The translations under genes were made by a program, and so were the position numbers. The notes below the pieces were generated by a model. That model did not search any database. It was not told the DNA's origin and was given only the letters and a program-made list of their open reading frames with translations. From assembly GCA_000989305.1 (NCBI GenBank), contig LBTB01000008.1, positions 1-57,828 on the forward strand: DNA of 57,828 nt, in the 5' to 3' direction. Position 1 is the first letter of the stretch; every line of letters begins with the position of its first letter. This DNA is from Candidatus Shapirobacteria bacterium GW2011_GWF2_37_20 (lineage in GTDB: Bacteria; Patescibacteriota; Microgenomatia; UBA12405). Positions 1 through 9,184 of the stretch are shown here, one piece after another.

Positions 1-1053
1 ATGGAATGGTCCGATAAATATAAAAAACTTGGAGTTCGCACTAACGCCGATACTCCGAAAGATGCGGCTGTTGCCCGTGATTTCGGTGCCAAAGGTATCG
101 GTCTTTGCCGTACTGAACATATGTTCTTTGAAGCCGACCGTATCTTTGCCGTTCGTCAAATGATTGTCTCTGAAACGGTGGAGCAACGCAAAGCCGCTTT
201 GGCCAAGATTTTTCCCATGCAAAAGAATGATTTCAAAGAGTTGTTCCAAATTATGAAAGGTTTTCCCGTCAAGATTCGTTTACTTGATCCGCCTTTACAT
301 GAATTTTTACCCAAAACTGAAGCCGAAATTGAGGCTATCGCCAAAGAAATGGGTATTAGCGCCAGTAAATTATCACAAAAAGTCGACTATCTCCATGAAC
401 TCAACCCGATGATGGGTCACCGAGGCTGTCGCTTAGGTGTTACATTCCCCGAAATCTTTGAAATGCAGGTTGAAGCTATTGCGCAGGCTGCCTGTGAATT
501 GGTAAAAGCTGGCGAATCTATCGTTCCTGAAATCATGATTCCCTTGGTTGGCGAGTTTAACGAACTCAAATGGCTCAAAGACCGTTTGGTCCCCATTATC
601 GAAGCCACCATCAAAAAACATGGCGTCAAGATGACCTATGAAATTGGCACTATGATTGAAATTCCCCGGGCCGCCCTTACCGCCGACACTATTGCTACCG
701 AGGCTGATTTTTTCTCCTTTGGTACCAATGACCTAACCCAAATGACTTACGGTTTTTCCCGTGATGATGCCGGAAAATTTCTAAAAGATTATTTGGACAA
801 AAAAATTCTTCCCGAAGATCCTTTCAAAAGTCTGGATACTATCGGGGTGGGAAAGCTAATGAAAATGGCGGTTGAATTAGGCCGCGCTAGCAAAAAAAAT
901 CTCCACATTGGTATTTGCGGAGAACAAGGCGGCGATCCGGCCACTATCAAATTTTGTCATGAAATAGGTTTAGATTACGTTTCTTGTAGTCCTTACCGGG
1001 TACCAATTGCCCGTCTGGCTGCAGCTCAAGCCGCTATTGAAGGGGAAAAATAG
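1..1053 (+). CDS. ppdK: pyruvate, phosphate dikinase, C-terminal PEP-utilising TIM-barrel portion (N-terminus outside window)
   Basis: ORF open from the window edge. Motifs GLCRTEHMF, GTNDLTQMTYGFSRDD and ICGEQGGDP are typical of the PPDK C-terminal domain. The full enzyme is far longer than 350 aa. Confidence 0.9.
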   Translation: MEWSDKYKKLGVRTNADTPKDAAVARDFGAKGIGLCRTEHMFFEADRIFAVRQMIVSETVEQRKAALAKIFPMQKNDFKELFQIMKGFPVKIRLLDPPLHEFLPKTEAEIEAIAKEMGISASKLSQKVDYLHELNPMMGHRGCRLGVTFPEIFEMQVEAIAQAACELVKAGESIVPEIMIPLVGEFNELKWLKDRLVPIIEATIKKHGVKMTYEIGTMIEIPRAALTADTIATEADFFSFGTNDLTQMTYGFSRDDAGKFLKDYLDKKILPEDPFKSLDTIGVGKLMKMAVELGRASKKNLHIGICGEQGGDPATIKFCHEIGLDYVSCSPYRVPIARLAAAQAAIEGEK

Positions 1054-1055
1054 TT

Positions 1056-1418
1056 TTATTTTTTCAAATCTGAACCTTTGACCCAACAAGTTCTTTGCCC
1101 CAAATCAATCTTTTCACCGGTAGAGGGATTTTCACCATAAATATTTGGTACTTCAACCTGAACATAACCCTTTTCGTTAGGAGAAGAAAAATCTCCTTTT
1201 ACGGCGGTGACCACAGCACCCTCGCCAATTTCACCTCTATTAACCTGATTTTTTTCCGCCAAGGCTCTGCTAATTCTGGAAACACTAGCCCCACCGGGCA
1301 TATCCCAACAATTAGTTTCATTAGTTACAGTTAGTTGTTGCCCATCTTTAGTACATCCACCCAACATGGTGGCGGACAATAATAGTGAAGCGGCAATCAT
1401 TCTGGGTGTTTTTTCCAT
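1056..1418 (-). CDS. small lipoprotein, unknown function
   Basis: N-terminal signal peptide ending in lipobox MLGG|C. No domain recognised. Confidence 0.55.
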   Translation of the reverse strand: MEKTPRMIAASLLLSATMLGGCTKDGQQLTVTNETNCWDMPGGASVSRISRALAEKNQVNRGEIGEGAVVTAVKGDFSSPNEKGYVQVEVPNIYGENPSTGEKIDLGQRTCWVKGSDLKK

Positions 1419-1516
1419 ATTTTTGTTTATTATAACTAAACTACAATATTATCCCATAATATTATTAATTTGTCAATATAGTAGAAATATAGGATACTTT
1501 GTGATAACATACATCT

Positions 1517-1804
1517 ATGACTGAAAAACAACCAAAAATAGTAGCATATAATTTTCGCCTTCCTGCCCCCACCGATAACAAGTTGGTATTCAACTTGAAA
1601 GTTGTCGGAACTACAGTAATTTCTTCACACTGTCGCCCTTGTGATTTAATTAAGGTTTGTTTTGGTCAAAAAGGAAACAAGACTGGTGAAGGAAGAATTA
1701 ATCTGGATTTGCCTATCGCTCAAAATCTTACCCCCGAAGCTGCCCAAAAAGTTCCCTGCGGCGCCGGTATCGAAGTTGTCCAAAGAAGATCTCCTCGAAA
1801 TTAA
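1517..1804 (+). CDS. hypothetical protein (95 aa, 4 Cys)
   Basis: ORF only, preceded by an AT-rich promoter-like region. No family recognised. Confidence 0.35.
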   Translation: MTEKQPKIVAYNFRLPAPTDNKLVFNLKVVGTTVISSHCRPCDLIKVCFGQKGNKTGEGRINLDLPIAQNLTPEAAQKVPCGAGIEVVQRRSPRN

Positions 1805-1834
1805 GTGACTTTTTGATAAAATATGGCTACCAAC

Positions 1835-1905
1835 GACCCGGTAGTCAAGCGGTTAGACAGCGGTCTGCAAAACCGTTCAGGTGGGTTCAACTCCCACCCG
1901 GGTCT
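1835..1905 (+). tRNA. tRNA-Cys (GCA)
   Basis: Hand fold: GACCCGG/CCGGGTC acceptor, anticodon arm GCGGT-CTGCAAA-ACCGT, T arm GTGGG-TTCAACT-CCCAC, discriminator U73 (a Cys identity element). CCA is not encoded. Confidence 0.9.
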
Positions 1906-2153
1906 CAAGAATAAACTAATTCTTTCACATCCATTCTCGTACTTTTTACTCTTTCAGTCACCGCAATTCCTTTTTCGTTATAATATTTTTTTTCAGTTCT
2001 GCTAATCAATGGTAGTGTAAAAGTATTTTGTCCGCAACCAACTCCGGGGCAAATGTCTCTCGGTGGAAAGATTAATTCTTCACAATGAGGACATTTTTCG
2101 CCAATCAACTGATACCTCTGCTGTTTTAATCTCCAGTGTCTGGGTATTTCCAT
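1905..2153 (-). pseudogene. DUF35-type zinc-ribbon protein, apparently C-terminally truncated (OB-fold mostly missing)
   Basis: MEIPRHWRLKQQRYQLIGEKCPHCEELIFPPRDICPGVGC resembles the rubredoxin-like zinc ribbon of DUF35 proteins. Only about 45 aa follow where an OB-fold of about 70 aa is expected. The stop codon overlaps the last base of tRNA-Cys. The ATG at 2153 overlaps the upstream stop (TAATG). Confidence 0.45.
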
Positions 2154-2401
2154 TATTCCTCCTGAAAAACTTTTATTACCCAATAACCCAAATAAACCAA
2201 AATTAGTCCTTGAATAAAAACTGCCAGTTTAAATACTCCACCGGTCACTATCAATAAGCTCCGATATCGAATCAAATCGTAAATAATTCTCAAAATTACA
2301 TACAAAAATAGGGGAGCCAAAGCCGTCAGGCTAATTAAAAATATCTGTGATTTATCCCGGCTCTCCCTTAATGCTTTAATAGTCAGATAAGGTTCTCTCA
2401 T
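2153..2401 (-). CDS. small two-TM membrane protein, candidate anti-sigma partner
   Basis: Hydrophobic ORF immediately downstream of the ECF sigma gene. The start is ambiguous: the ATG at 2401 avoids overlap, while the ATG at 2494 overlaps the sigma gene by 56 nt. Confidence 0.45.
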   Translation of the reverse strand: MREPYLTIKALRESRDKSQIFLISLTALAPLFLYVILRIIYDLIRYRSLLIVTGGVFKLAVFIQGLILVYLGYWVIKVFQEE

Positions 2402-2438
2402 CAACTCATACCAATTCCGTCCCAAAAAATACCCCTGC

Positions 2439-2975
2439 CTAACGCTTATTAGGGCTGTTAGCCTGAACAAGTTTTTTACTCTTTTTTTTATCATAAACCC
2501 AAAGGTCCTGGAACTGCTTTCTTGCCCTTATTAGTCTGGATTCCACTGCTTTAATACTCAGTTTCATCATTTTGGCAATTTGACTGCTTTTCCAATCCTC
2601 TACATATTTAAGTCGTAAAATTTTTCCATAGTCTGCTCTTAATTCCTTCATGGTCTTGCTTATTTCACTTTTCAATTCTTCTTTTAGTACATCCCTCTCC
2701 GGTGTCAGGGCTTCTTGGGCAATTTCTTCAAATTTTGGATTAACCGAAAATAAAATAGTTTTCAGTTTCTTTTTCCGATAATAATCAGTGATTTTATGTT
2801 TAGCAATACTGCACACAAATGAAAACTCACTGCACTTACCATTAAAATTTGGCATAGCCTTGTATGCCGCCAATAAAATGTCCTGAGTTAGTTCTTCCAC
2901 GACCCCCTCATCACTAATTTTCTGTCTTACAAATCCAGCAATGCTCTTCTGATATTTTTCTACTAACATTCTCAT
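2439..2975 (-). CDS. ECF-type RNA polymerase sigma-70 family factor
   Basis: About 178 aa. Region 2-like segment (ELTQDILLAAYKA) and region 4 HTH (SQIAKMMKLSIKAVESRLIRARK). Confidence 0.85.
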   Translation of the reverse strand: MRMLVEKYQKSIAGFVRQKISDEGVVEELTQDILLAAYKAMPNFNGKCSEFSFVCSIAKHKITDYYRKKKLKTILFSVNPKFEEIAQEALTPERDVLKEELKSEISKTMKELRADYGKILRLKYVEDWKSSQIAKMMKLSIKAVESRLIRARKQFQDLWVYDKKKSKKLVQANSPNKR

Positions 2976-3065
2976 TTGTATCGATACTTTAACATATTTA
3001 TTCCTCCTCCTTTTTCTGGGAGGGGTAAGGGGTGGGTTTTTTCCTTTTTTAGCTTATACTTAATT

Positions 3066-3866
3066 ATGATTTTGTTCTCTGCCCAAAAATCACATCCACT
3101 GTATCCTTTGGCACGCTCTTTGCGTCTCGACATTCTTGAAATGATTAATCACGCTGGTTTTGGCCACATTGGTGGTTCTTTGTCCTCAGTTGATATTTTA
3201 ATCTCTCTCTATAATTCTGGTCTTTTTAATTTTGACAAAGATCATTTTATTCTTTCCGCTGGGCATCTCTGTCCCTCTCTCTATGTTGTCTTGGCCCAAC
3301 AGAATAAATTCCCCCGCGGGGAATTATTGACTTACTCTCAGTTTGATTCCCGTCTTCAGGGTCATCTCAATTTAGACACCCCTGGGGTTGAATATGCTTC
3401 CGGCGCCTTAGGTCAGGGCTTGTCCTTTGCTTGTGGTTTGGCTCTGGGAGACAAAAGTCATCACACTGTTTGTTTGACTACTGACGGTGAACACAACGAG
3501 GGTCAGATTTGGGAAGCCATCGCCTTCGCCAATAAATACCACCAGGGCAATCTTATTAATATTGTTGATTGCAACGCTTATCAGCTTGGTGGTTCTACTG
3601 CAGACATCATGCCTCTTGATGAGTTAGCCGCCAAATATATTCGTTTTGGCTGGACCGTTACGACTATTGACGGTCATAATTTTTTTGAGCTGGAATCTGC
3701 CCTAAAAAAGGCCAAATCATCAACCATTTACCCCGCTTGTATCATCGCCAAAACCACTATTGGCAAAGGTGTTTCCTTTATGGAAAATAAGTTTGAATAT
3801 CATGACGTCAAAGATTTACCTGAGGATATCTATTTAACTGCCAAAAATGAACTCCAAAAATATTGA
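3066..3866 (+). CDS. tktA: transketolase, N-terminal (TPP-binding) subunit
   Basis: GHIGGSLS, SAGH and TTDGEHNEGQIWEA motifs of split transketolase. I prefer the ATG at 3066; the track start at 2976 adds a low-complexity extension abutting the divergent sigma gene. Confidence 0.9.
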   Translation: MILFSAQKSHPLYPLARSLRLDILEMINHAGFGHIGGSLSSVDILISLYNSGLFNFDKDHFILSAGHLCPSLYVVLAQQNKFPRGELLTYSQFDSRLQGHLNLDTPGVEYASGALGQGLSFACGLALGDKSHHTVCLTTDGEHNEGQIWEAIAFANKYHQGNLINIVDCNAYQLGGSTADIMPLDELAAKYIRFGWTVTTIDGHNFFELESALKKAKSSTIYPACIIAKTTIGKGVSFMENKFEYHDVKDLPEDIYLTAKNELQKY

Positions 3867-4791
3867 AAACAAATCTATTCGTCAAGCTTTTTCTGAGTCT
3901 CTCTTTGCCTTGGCAGTTAAAAATCCCAATATCTATGTTGTTGATATCGGGCTTCGTCCCTCACTCTATCTTGATAAATTTGCCGCTCGTTTCAAGTCTC
4001 GTTTTATCGAATCTGGAATTGCCGAATCAAATGCCGCCGCCGTCGCCGCTGGCCTGGCCGCTTCCGGAAAAACAGTTTTTTTAACTTCTTTTGCTTGTTT
4101 TTCTCCGGCTCTAAATTGGGCTGTCATTAAACAGTCTATTTGTTACAATTTCCAAAACGTTAAAATAATTGGCTCTCACGCTGGTTTAATGAGTGCCGAC
4201 TTAGGTGCCAGTCATCAGATGCTTGAAGACGTTGCTCTGATGCGTTCCATGCCCGGCATGGAGGTCTTTGCTCCGATTGATGCTGTCGAAATGAGCAAAG
4301 TTCTCCCTGTTGTCGCCCACAGTTCTGGCCCTGCCTATATTCGCTTGCCTCGCCCTTCAACTCCCATTATTTTTCCCAAAAATCTCTCTTTTACTATTGG
4401 CAAATCGCATCTTTTGACTCAAGGTCAGGATATTACTGTTTTGGGCTATGGCCCAATTTTGTCCCAACTATTTTCTGACGATTTTAAAAAATTCTCTTTA
4501 GAGATTATTAATTGTTCCTCAATTAAACCTCTTGATTCCGAAACTATTCTAAAATCTATCAAAAAAACCGGCCGTTGTTTAGTTATCGAAGATCACCAAA
4601 AAAACGGGGGATTGGGTGATGCCGTTTCTAATCTGATTCTCAGTTCAGGATTAAAATCTAAATTCATTCATCTGGCTGTCGATAACTCCTTTGGTCAATC
4701 TGCTAAAAACTATTTCGACCTTTACCACCACTTTGGCCTTTCACCCCTGGCTATCATTGGTGCCATAAAAAGCTTATTATCAAAAAAATGA
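3847..4791 (+). CDS. tktB: transketolase, C-terminal (pyrimidine-binding) subunit
   Basis: FIESGIAESNAAAVAAGLA and GASHQMLEDVALMR motifs. Overlaps the N-terminal subunit gene by 20 nt. Confidence 0.9.
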   Translation: MNSKNIENKSIRQAFSESLFALAVKNPNIYVVDIGLRPSLYLDKFAARFKSRFIESGIAESNAAAVAAGLAASGKTVFLTSFACFSPALNWAVIKQSICYNFQNVKIIGSHAGLMSADLGASHQMLEDVALMRSMPGMEVFAPIDAVEMSKVLPVVAHSSGPAYIRLPRPSTPIIFPKNLSFTIGKSHLLTQGQDITVLGYGPILSQLFSDDFKKFSLEIINCSSIKPLDSETILKSIKKTGRCLVIEDHQKNGGLGDAVSNLILSSGLKSKFIHLAVDNSFGQSAKNYFDLYHHFGLSPLAIIGAIKSLLSKK

Positions 4792-5624
4792 TTCCCTTAA
4801 AACAACTACTTACTGATTATCAAAAGAAACACCAGGCCCTCCCGGCTTTTAACATCGATAGTTTTGAAATCTATCAGGCTGTCGAAATGGCCGTGGCCGA
4901 ATTATCTTTGCCCTGTATTGTTCAGCTTTCACCAAAGGAAGATTCATTTATTCACGCTGAGAGACTGCTGATGCTGGTCAAAAAGGCTAATGCTGAAGGT
5001 CTCCCTATTTATCTCAACATGGATCACGGTGTTGACGTCAAACGATTAGAGTCCTGCCTTCGTTTGGGTTTCGATATGGTCCACTTCGACGGTTCCAAAA
5101 TGGATTATTTAACCAATCAATCCGCCACCAAATATTTTGTCGATAAAGTCAGATCAACCTATCCTGATGCCTTAATTGAAGTTGAGTTTAATCACATTAA
5201 TTTAGTGGGCACTACTCCAGATTCTGATTCTTTCACCGATCCCCAAAAAGCCAAAGAATTTATGGCCACTACCGGTGCCGATCTCTTGGCCGTTTCGATT
5301 GGCAACTTTCATGGAGTCAACCTTTCTACTCCTGAACATCTCAACATCAGTCTTCTTTCTCAGATAAAAGATACTCTTGGCGATACCTTTTTAACCCTTC
5401 ATGGTGGATCCGGAATTTCTCTTGACCAAGTTCAAAGCACCGTTAATTTAGGTGTCGTTAAAGTCAACATTAATACCGATCTCCGTCTGAAGTTTATCGA
5501 ATCTCTTCGTCATCAGCTGACTCTTCAAAATAGTGAAAAAATTTACGAGTATCTTGATCCAGTGGTCTCCGATGTCAAGGAAGTTATTAAACAAAAATTA
5601 ATTAGTTTATCTCAAAATGTTTGA
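4788..5624 (+). CDS. fba: class II fructose-bisphosphate aldolase family protein
   Basis: NMDHG, DGS, GNFHG, LHGGSG and KVNINTD motifs. ATGA start/stop overlap with the transketolase C-terminal subunit gene. Confidence 0.85.
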   Translation: MIPLKQLLTDYQKKHQALPAFNIDSFEIYQAVEMAVAELSLPCIVQLSPKEDSFIHAERLLMLVKKANAEGLPIYLNMDHGVDVKRLESCLRLGFDMVHFDGSKMDYLTNQSATKYFVDKVRSTYPDALIEVEFNHINLVGTTPDSDSFTDPQKAKEFMATTGADLLAVSIGNFHGVNLSTPEHLNISLLSQIKDTLGDTFLTLHGGSGISLDQVQSTVNLGVVKVNINTDLRLKFIESLRHQLTLQNSEKIYEYLDPVVSDVKEVIKQKLISLSQNV

Positions 5625-6534
5625 CGTTATTTCTATTGGGGCCGCTACAGCCGACATTTTCCTTAAGTCAAAAAATCTTTTAGAGAGTTCCCGATATCTT
5701 TCTTTAAAACGATCCAGTAAAGGTGAAGTTTCTGACTCCCTAATTTGTTCCGGAGGCGGGGCCACCAATTCTGCTACAACTTTTTCCCGTCTTGGATTAA
5801 AATCAGCCGTGCTTTCCCTTATTGGAAGTGACCCCTTGTCGGAATATATCAAAAACGACTTATTAAAAGAAAAAATTGACACTCAGTTTTTGGTCAATAA
5901 CAAAAAAGATAATACTGATTTTTCCGTAATTTTAGTGGCCTCTGACGGTATCAGGTCAATTCTCACCAATCGGGGCTCTACTCGACTAGAAAGCAGTAAT
6001 ATTCCAATGACAAAACTTAAAACAAAATGGTTTTATATTACTTCCCTTGAAGGAAACTTAAGCCTCCTGGAAGAATTAATTGGATATGCCAAAGAAAACG
6101 ACATTAAAATTTCTTTTAACCCCGGACTTAGAGAATTAAATCAACGTCGCGAACTAATTCCTCTCCTAAAGCACCTCGATTTTCTTCTGTTAAATCGCCA
6201 AGAAGCTGAGATATTGGCCAATCTTAGTCGTAAAGATATATCCTTTTGGGATAAATTAAAAACATTTTCTCCACTGGTTGCTGTTACCAACGGTCGTTTG
6301 GGTGCCAAAATTATTACTGGTAACGAAAGTTATTATTCACCGATTAAAAATATTCATCCCGTCGATGAAACCGGAGCTGGGGATGCTTTCGGTTCTGCCT
6401 TTGTCGCCGCTCTTATCAACGATCGTCCCTTGCCCGAGTGTCTGGATTGGGGTATCAAAAATTCCGCCTCTGTCGTCTCCGCCCTTGGCGCAAAGACTGG
6501 AATATTAACCATTAATAAAATTCGTAATTCATAA
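5617..6534 (+). CDS. PfkB-family carbohydrate/nucleoside kinase
   Basis: GGGATNSA and C-terminal DETGAGDAFGSAFVAAL motifs of the ribokinase/PfkB superfamily. Overlaps fba by 8 nt. Confidence 0.8.
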   Translation: MFDVISIGAATADIFLKSKNLLESSRYLSLKRSSKGEVSDSLICSGGGATNSATTFSRLGLKSAVLSLIGSDPLSEYIKNDLLKEKIDTQFLVNNKKDNTDFSVILVASDGIRSILTNRGSTRLESSNIPMTKLKTKWFYITSLEGNLSLLEELIGYAKENDIKISFNPGLRELNQRRELIPLLKHLDFLLLNRQEAEILANLSRKDISFWDKLKTFSPLVAVTNGRLGAKIITGNESYYSPIKNIHPVDETGAGDAFGSAFVAALINDRPLPECLDWGIKNSASVVSALGAKTGILTINKIRNS

Positions 6535-6542
6535 CTATCTCT

Positions 6543-7082
6543 ATGCTTCCTAAGCCCGATAAATCCTCTAAAAAATCATCATTAGAACAACTCGATTTTG
6601 TTGAAACAATTAATGACGCTGATAAAACCAAAAAGAAACGTCTCTCTATCCTCATTTTTTTATTTCTCACTGTTGGTGTCAGTTTTTGTTTTATTGCCTA
6701 TCGTCAAATAAAAAATACTAACTTTGAGCAAATAAAAATTCCCAATCTTTCTCTTAAACTCCCCACCGTCTTTCAGTCAAAATTTTCTCCAGATATTCCC
6801 CAAAATTGGACTTTCGAAGTTTTATCAACCGGTACCACTCTGTCTTTAAAGACGGTAAATCCCACTCCGTATGCCAAAAAATATCTTCCCAATGGCGTGG
6901 TTGTCTCTGAAAAAACTAACTCCACTCCTGATTATTTAGAAATTGTTTCTTCAATTTCCACCCCCAAAACTAAGTTTGAAATCTATGCCAAGATACCCGG
7001 TAATATCAATTCCTCCTCTCCTGAAATTGATGTTTTTTCCCGTCTCGTCGAAACCTTTTACTGGCACTTACTTAATTCGTAG
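6543..7082 (+). CDS. hypothetical membrane-anchored protein
   Basis: One TM helix (LSILIFLFLTVGVSFCFIAY) after a charged N-terminus. No family recognised. Confidence 0.45.
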   Translation: MLPKPDKSSKKSSLEQLDFVETINDADKTKKKRLSILIFLFLTVGVSFCFIAYRQIKNTNFEQIKIPNLSLKLPTVFQSKFSPDIPQNWTFEVLSTGTTLSLKTVNPTPYAKKYLPNGVVVSEKTNSTPDYLEIVSSISTPKTKFEIYAKIPGNINSSSPEIDVFSRLVETFYWHLLNS

Positions 7083-7165
7083 TCAATGTTGGTGTTACTG
7101 TTGGAGTTAGACATTTAACCCTTTTCTCCCCGCCTTCATAAAACCACTCTCTTTTTCCACAGGCC

Positions 7166-9184
7166 TCACTTTGATATAAGCCATTTATCCGAAATCAAAT
7201 TTTTCATAGTTCGACTCCAGATCGGAGTTGCCCCTGAAATCCCCGAGGCCACCCAGCTCATCGGAGTACTGTCATTATTTCCCACCCAAACCGCCACTAA
7301 GTATGATGGTGTCCATCCGATACACCAATTATCCTTTAGATTATTGGTTGTTCCTGTTTTTACCGCCACCTTTTTTCCCCCAATATGCAACAGTGAATTT
7401 GATCCAAAAATTGGTGATCTGGCTTGATCATCGCTCAGGGCGTCATTGATTAAAAATGTTTCTCTTTCTCCCGCCACCTCCTCCGACTCTATCTTTTTTT
7501 GATATATAACTTCTCCTAAATAATTATCCACTTCCAATATTGGATTTATGTTAACTTTTTCTCCTAAATTTGCAAAGATACTATAAGCCTGTGACAACTC
7601 CAACATTGTCACCTCTCCGGCCCCAAGAGCCAAGGATAATCCAAACCTTGATCGGTCGCCCCAGGTTGTAATCCCCATTTTTTCCGCCAAATCTATCATG
7701 TTTTCCACCCCATTTTCTTTTAATAATTTAACTGACGGAACATTTAACGAAGAAGCCAGGGCAGTTTTTAGGGTTATTGTTCCTAAATACTTTCCGGTGT
7801 AATTTTGAGGAGTATAAGTTTTCTGTCCCGGAATTTGATAACTTACTGGGCTGTCGTCAATCGTGTCCCATAAATTTTTTCCTTCCTGCAAGGCCAGCAA
7901 ATAATTTATCGGTTTTATCGATGACCCGGGTTGTCTCAGGGCTTGGGTTACTACATCAAATTTTCCATTAATATCTTTGGCAAAGTAATCTTTTGAACCA
8001 ACCATTGCTAAGATATCACCGTTTTTTACATCTAAAACTAAGCTGGCCCCGTTGCCAATTTTTAAACGTCTGACTTTTTCTATTTCTTCTTTAACAATTT
8101 TCTCAGCCTCTTTTTGAATCTCTAAGTCTAAACTGGTTTTCACTTTCAGACCCCGTCTTCCCACTTCGGTAAAACCTAATTTTTCTAAATAATTTTTTAC
8201 ATAAAATACAAAATGCGGTGCCAAGATATTTCTCTCATCTTCCAAGATTTTAATTTCCGTGTTTTTTGCTTCCTTAGCCCGGGCTGAGTCTAAGTATCCG
8301 ACACTTAGCATTTCATTTATTACGTGTTCTTGTCTTAATTTAGCCAGCTGAAAACCCTCCTTGTTAAAGGGGGAGTATGAACCGGGTGCGGCTGGTAGTC
8401 CTGCCAAAAAAGCGGCCTCAGCTAAGTTCAGACTACCAACCTCTTTTCCAAAATATCGATTACTTGCTTCAGCTACTCCGTAAACATTACCCCCATAAGG
8501 CACTTGGTTAAAATATCTTTCCAAAATCTCATCCTTACTTAAGATGCTTTCTAGCATTACTGCCAGGATTGCCTCTTTTATTTTTCTCTGAAAACTTTTT
8601 TCCCCTGATAAAAACACATTTTTCACCAGCTGTTGAGTAATTGTCGACCCGCCTCTCAATTTATCCTCATCATTTTTTCTGAAGTTATAAATTACTGCTT
8701 TGAAAATTCCCCTTAGACTAAAACCATGATGTCGGTAGAAATCTTTATCTTCAATGGCTATAGTTGCCAATATTAAATCTTTAGGAATTTGATTAAAAGC
8801 TATCCAGCTTCGGTCTTCGTTTTCATAAAATTGATATAAAAGGTTGTTGTTTCGGTCATAAATTTTTGTAGATAATTTTGGCGGATTATAAATTTCATTT
8901 ACATTGGGTAAATCCCGCAAAACTGTCTGATACGTCCACAGCAATACCCCGGTTATTAAAAGGGTTAACAGTAACAGTGACGGATATTTCCACCCAAATT
9001 TAAACTTCTTTTTATTATTATTTTTAATAATATTTTTATTAAAAATAAGTTTCTTTTTCTTTTTTTCAAATTTTATTTTTGGTAACTTGAGCTTAATCTT
9101 AGGTATCTCAATCTTTCTTAGCAACTTAAAAAATTTTAATATTGGTCTGCCAATCACTATTAAAAAGTTAATTGTTGCTCTCAT
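7166..9184 (-). CDS. class A penicillin-binding protein (transglycosylase + transpeptidase), copy 2
   Basis: IEDKDFYRHHGF, RGGSTITQQ, SxxK (PGSSIKP), KTGTTNN. Lys-rich N-terminus followed by a TM helix. Confidence 0.9.
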   Translation of the reverse strand: MRATINFLIVIGRPILKFFKLLRKIEIPKIKLKLPKIKFEKKKKKLIFNKNIIKNNNKKKFKFGWKYPSLLLLTLLITGVLLWTYQTVLRDLPNVNEIYNPPKLSTKIYDRNNNLLYQFYENEDRSWIAFNQIPKDLILATIAIEDKDFYRHHGFSLRGIFKAVIYNFRKNDEDKLRGGSTITQQLVKNVFLSGEKSFQRKIKEAILAVMLESILSKDEILERYFNQVPYGGNVYGVAEASNRYFGKEVGSLNLAEAAFLAGLPAAPGSYSPFNKEGFQLAKLRQEHVINEMLSVGYLDSARAKEAKNTEIKILEDERNILAPHFVFYVKNYLEKLGFTEVGRRGLKVKTSLDLEIQKEAEKIVKEEIEKVRRLKIGNGASLVLDVKNGDILAMVGSKDYFAKDINGKFDVVTQALRQPGSSIKPINYLLALQEGKNLWDTIDDSPVSYQIPGQKTYTPQNYTGKYLGTITLKTALASSLNVPSVKLLKENGVENMIDLAEKMGITTWGDRSRFGLSLALGAGEVTMLELSQAYSIFANLGEKVNINPILEVDNYLGEVIYQKKIESEEVAGERETFLINDALSDDQARSPIFGSNSLLHIGGKKVAVKTGTTNNLKDNWCIGWTPSYLVAVWVGNNDSTPMSWVASGISGATPIWSRTMKNLISDKWLISK

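Noticed and set aside
2976-3065. N-terminal extensions in the ORF track (2976-3065, 17786-17965, 26447-26590, 29914-30102, 52976-53281, 20176-20214, 56622-56672, 11310-11384)
   Set aside because: The extensions are low-complexity or antisense to the neighbouring divergent gene. An internal ATG matches the conserved N-terminus, signal peptide or TM helix better. The trimmed starts are still only predictions.
4788-4791. Alternative genetic code (UGA as a sense codon, as in some CPR lineages)
   Set aside because: TGA closes conserved genes exactly where homologues end, for example transketolase C-subunit at 4789-4791 (ATGA overlap with fba) and the SBP at 27972-27974. The standard code 11 applies.
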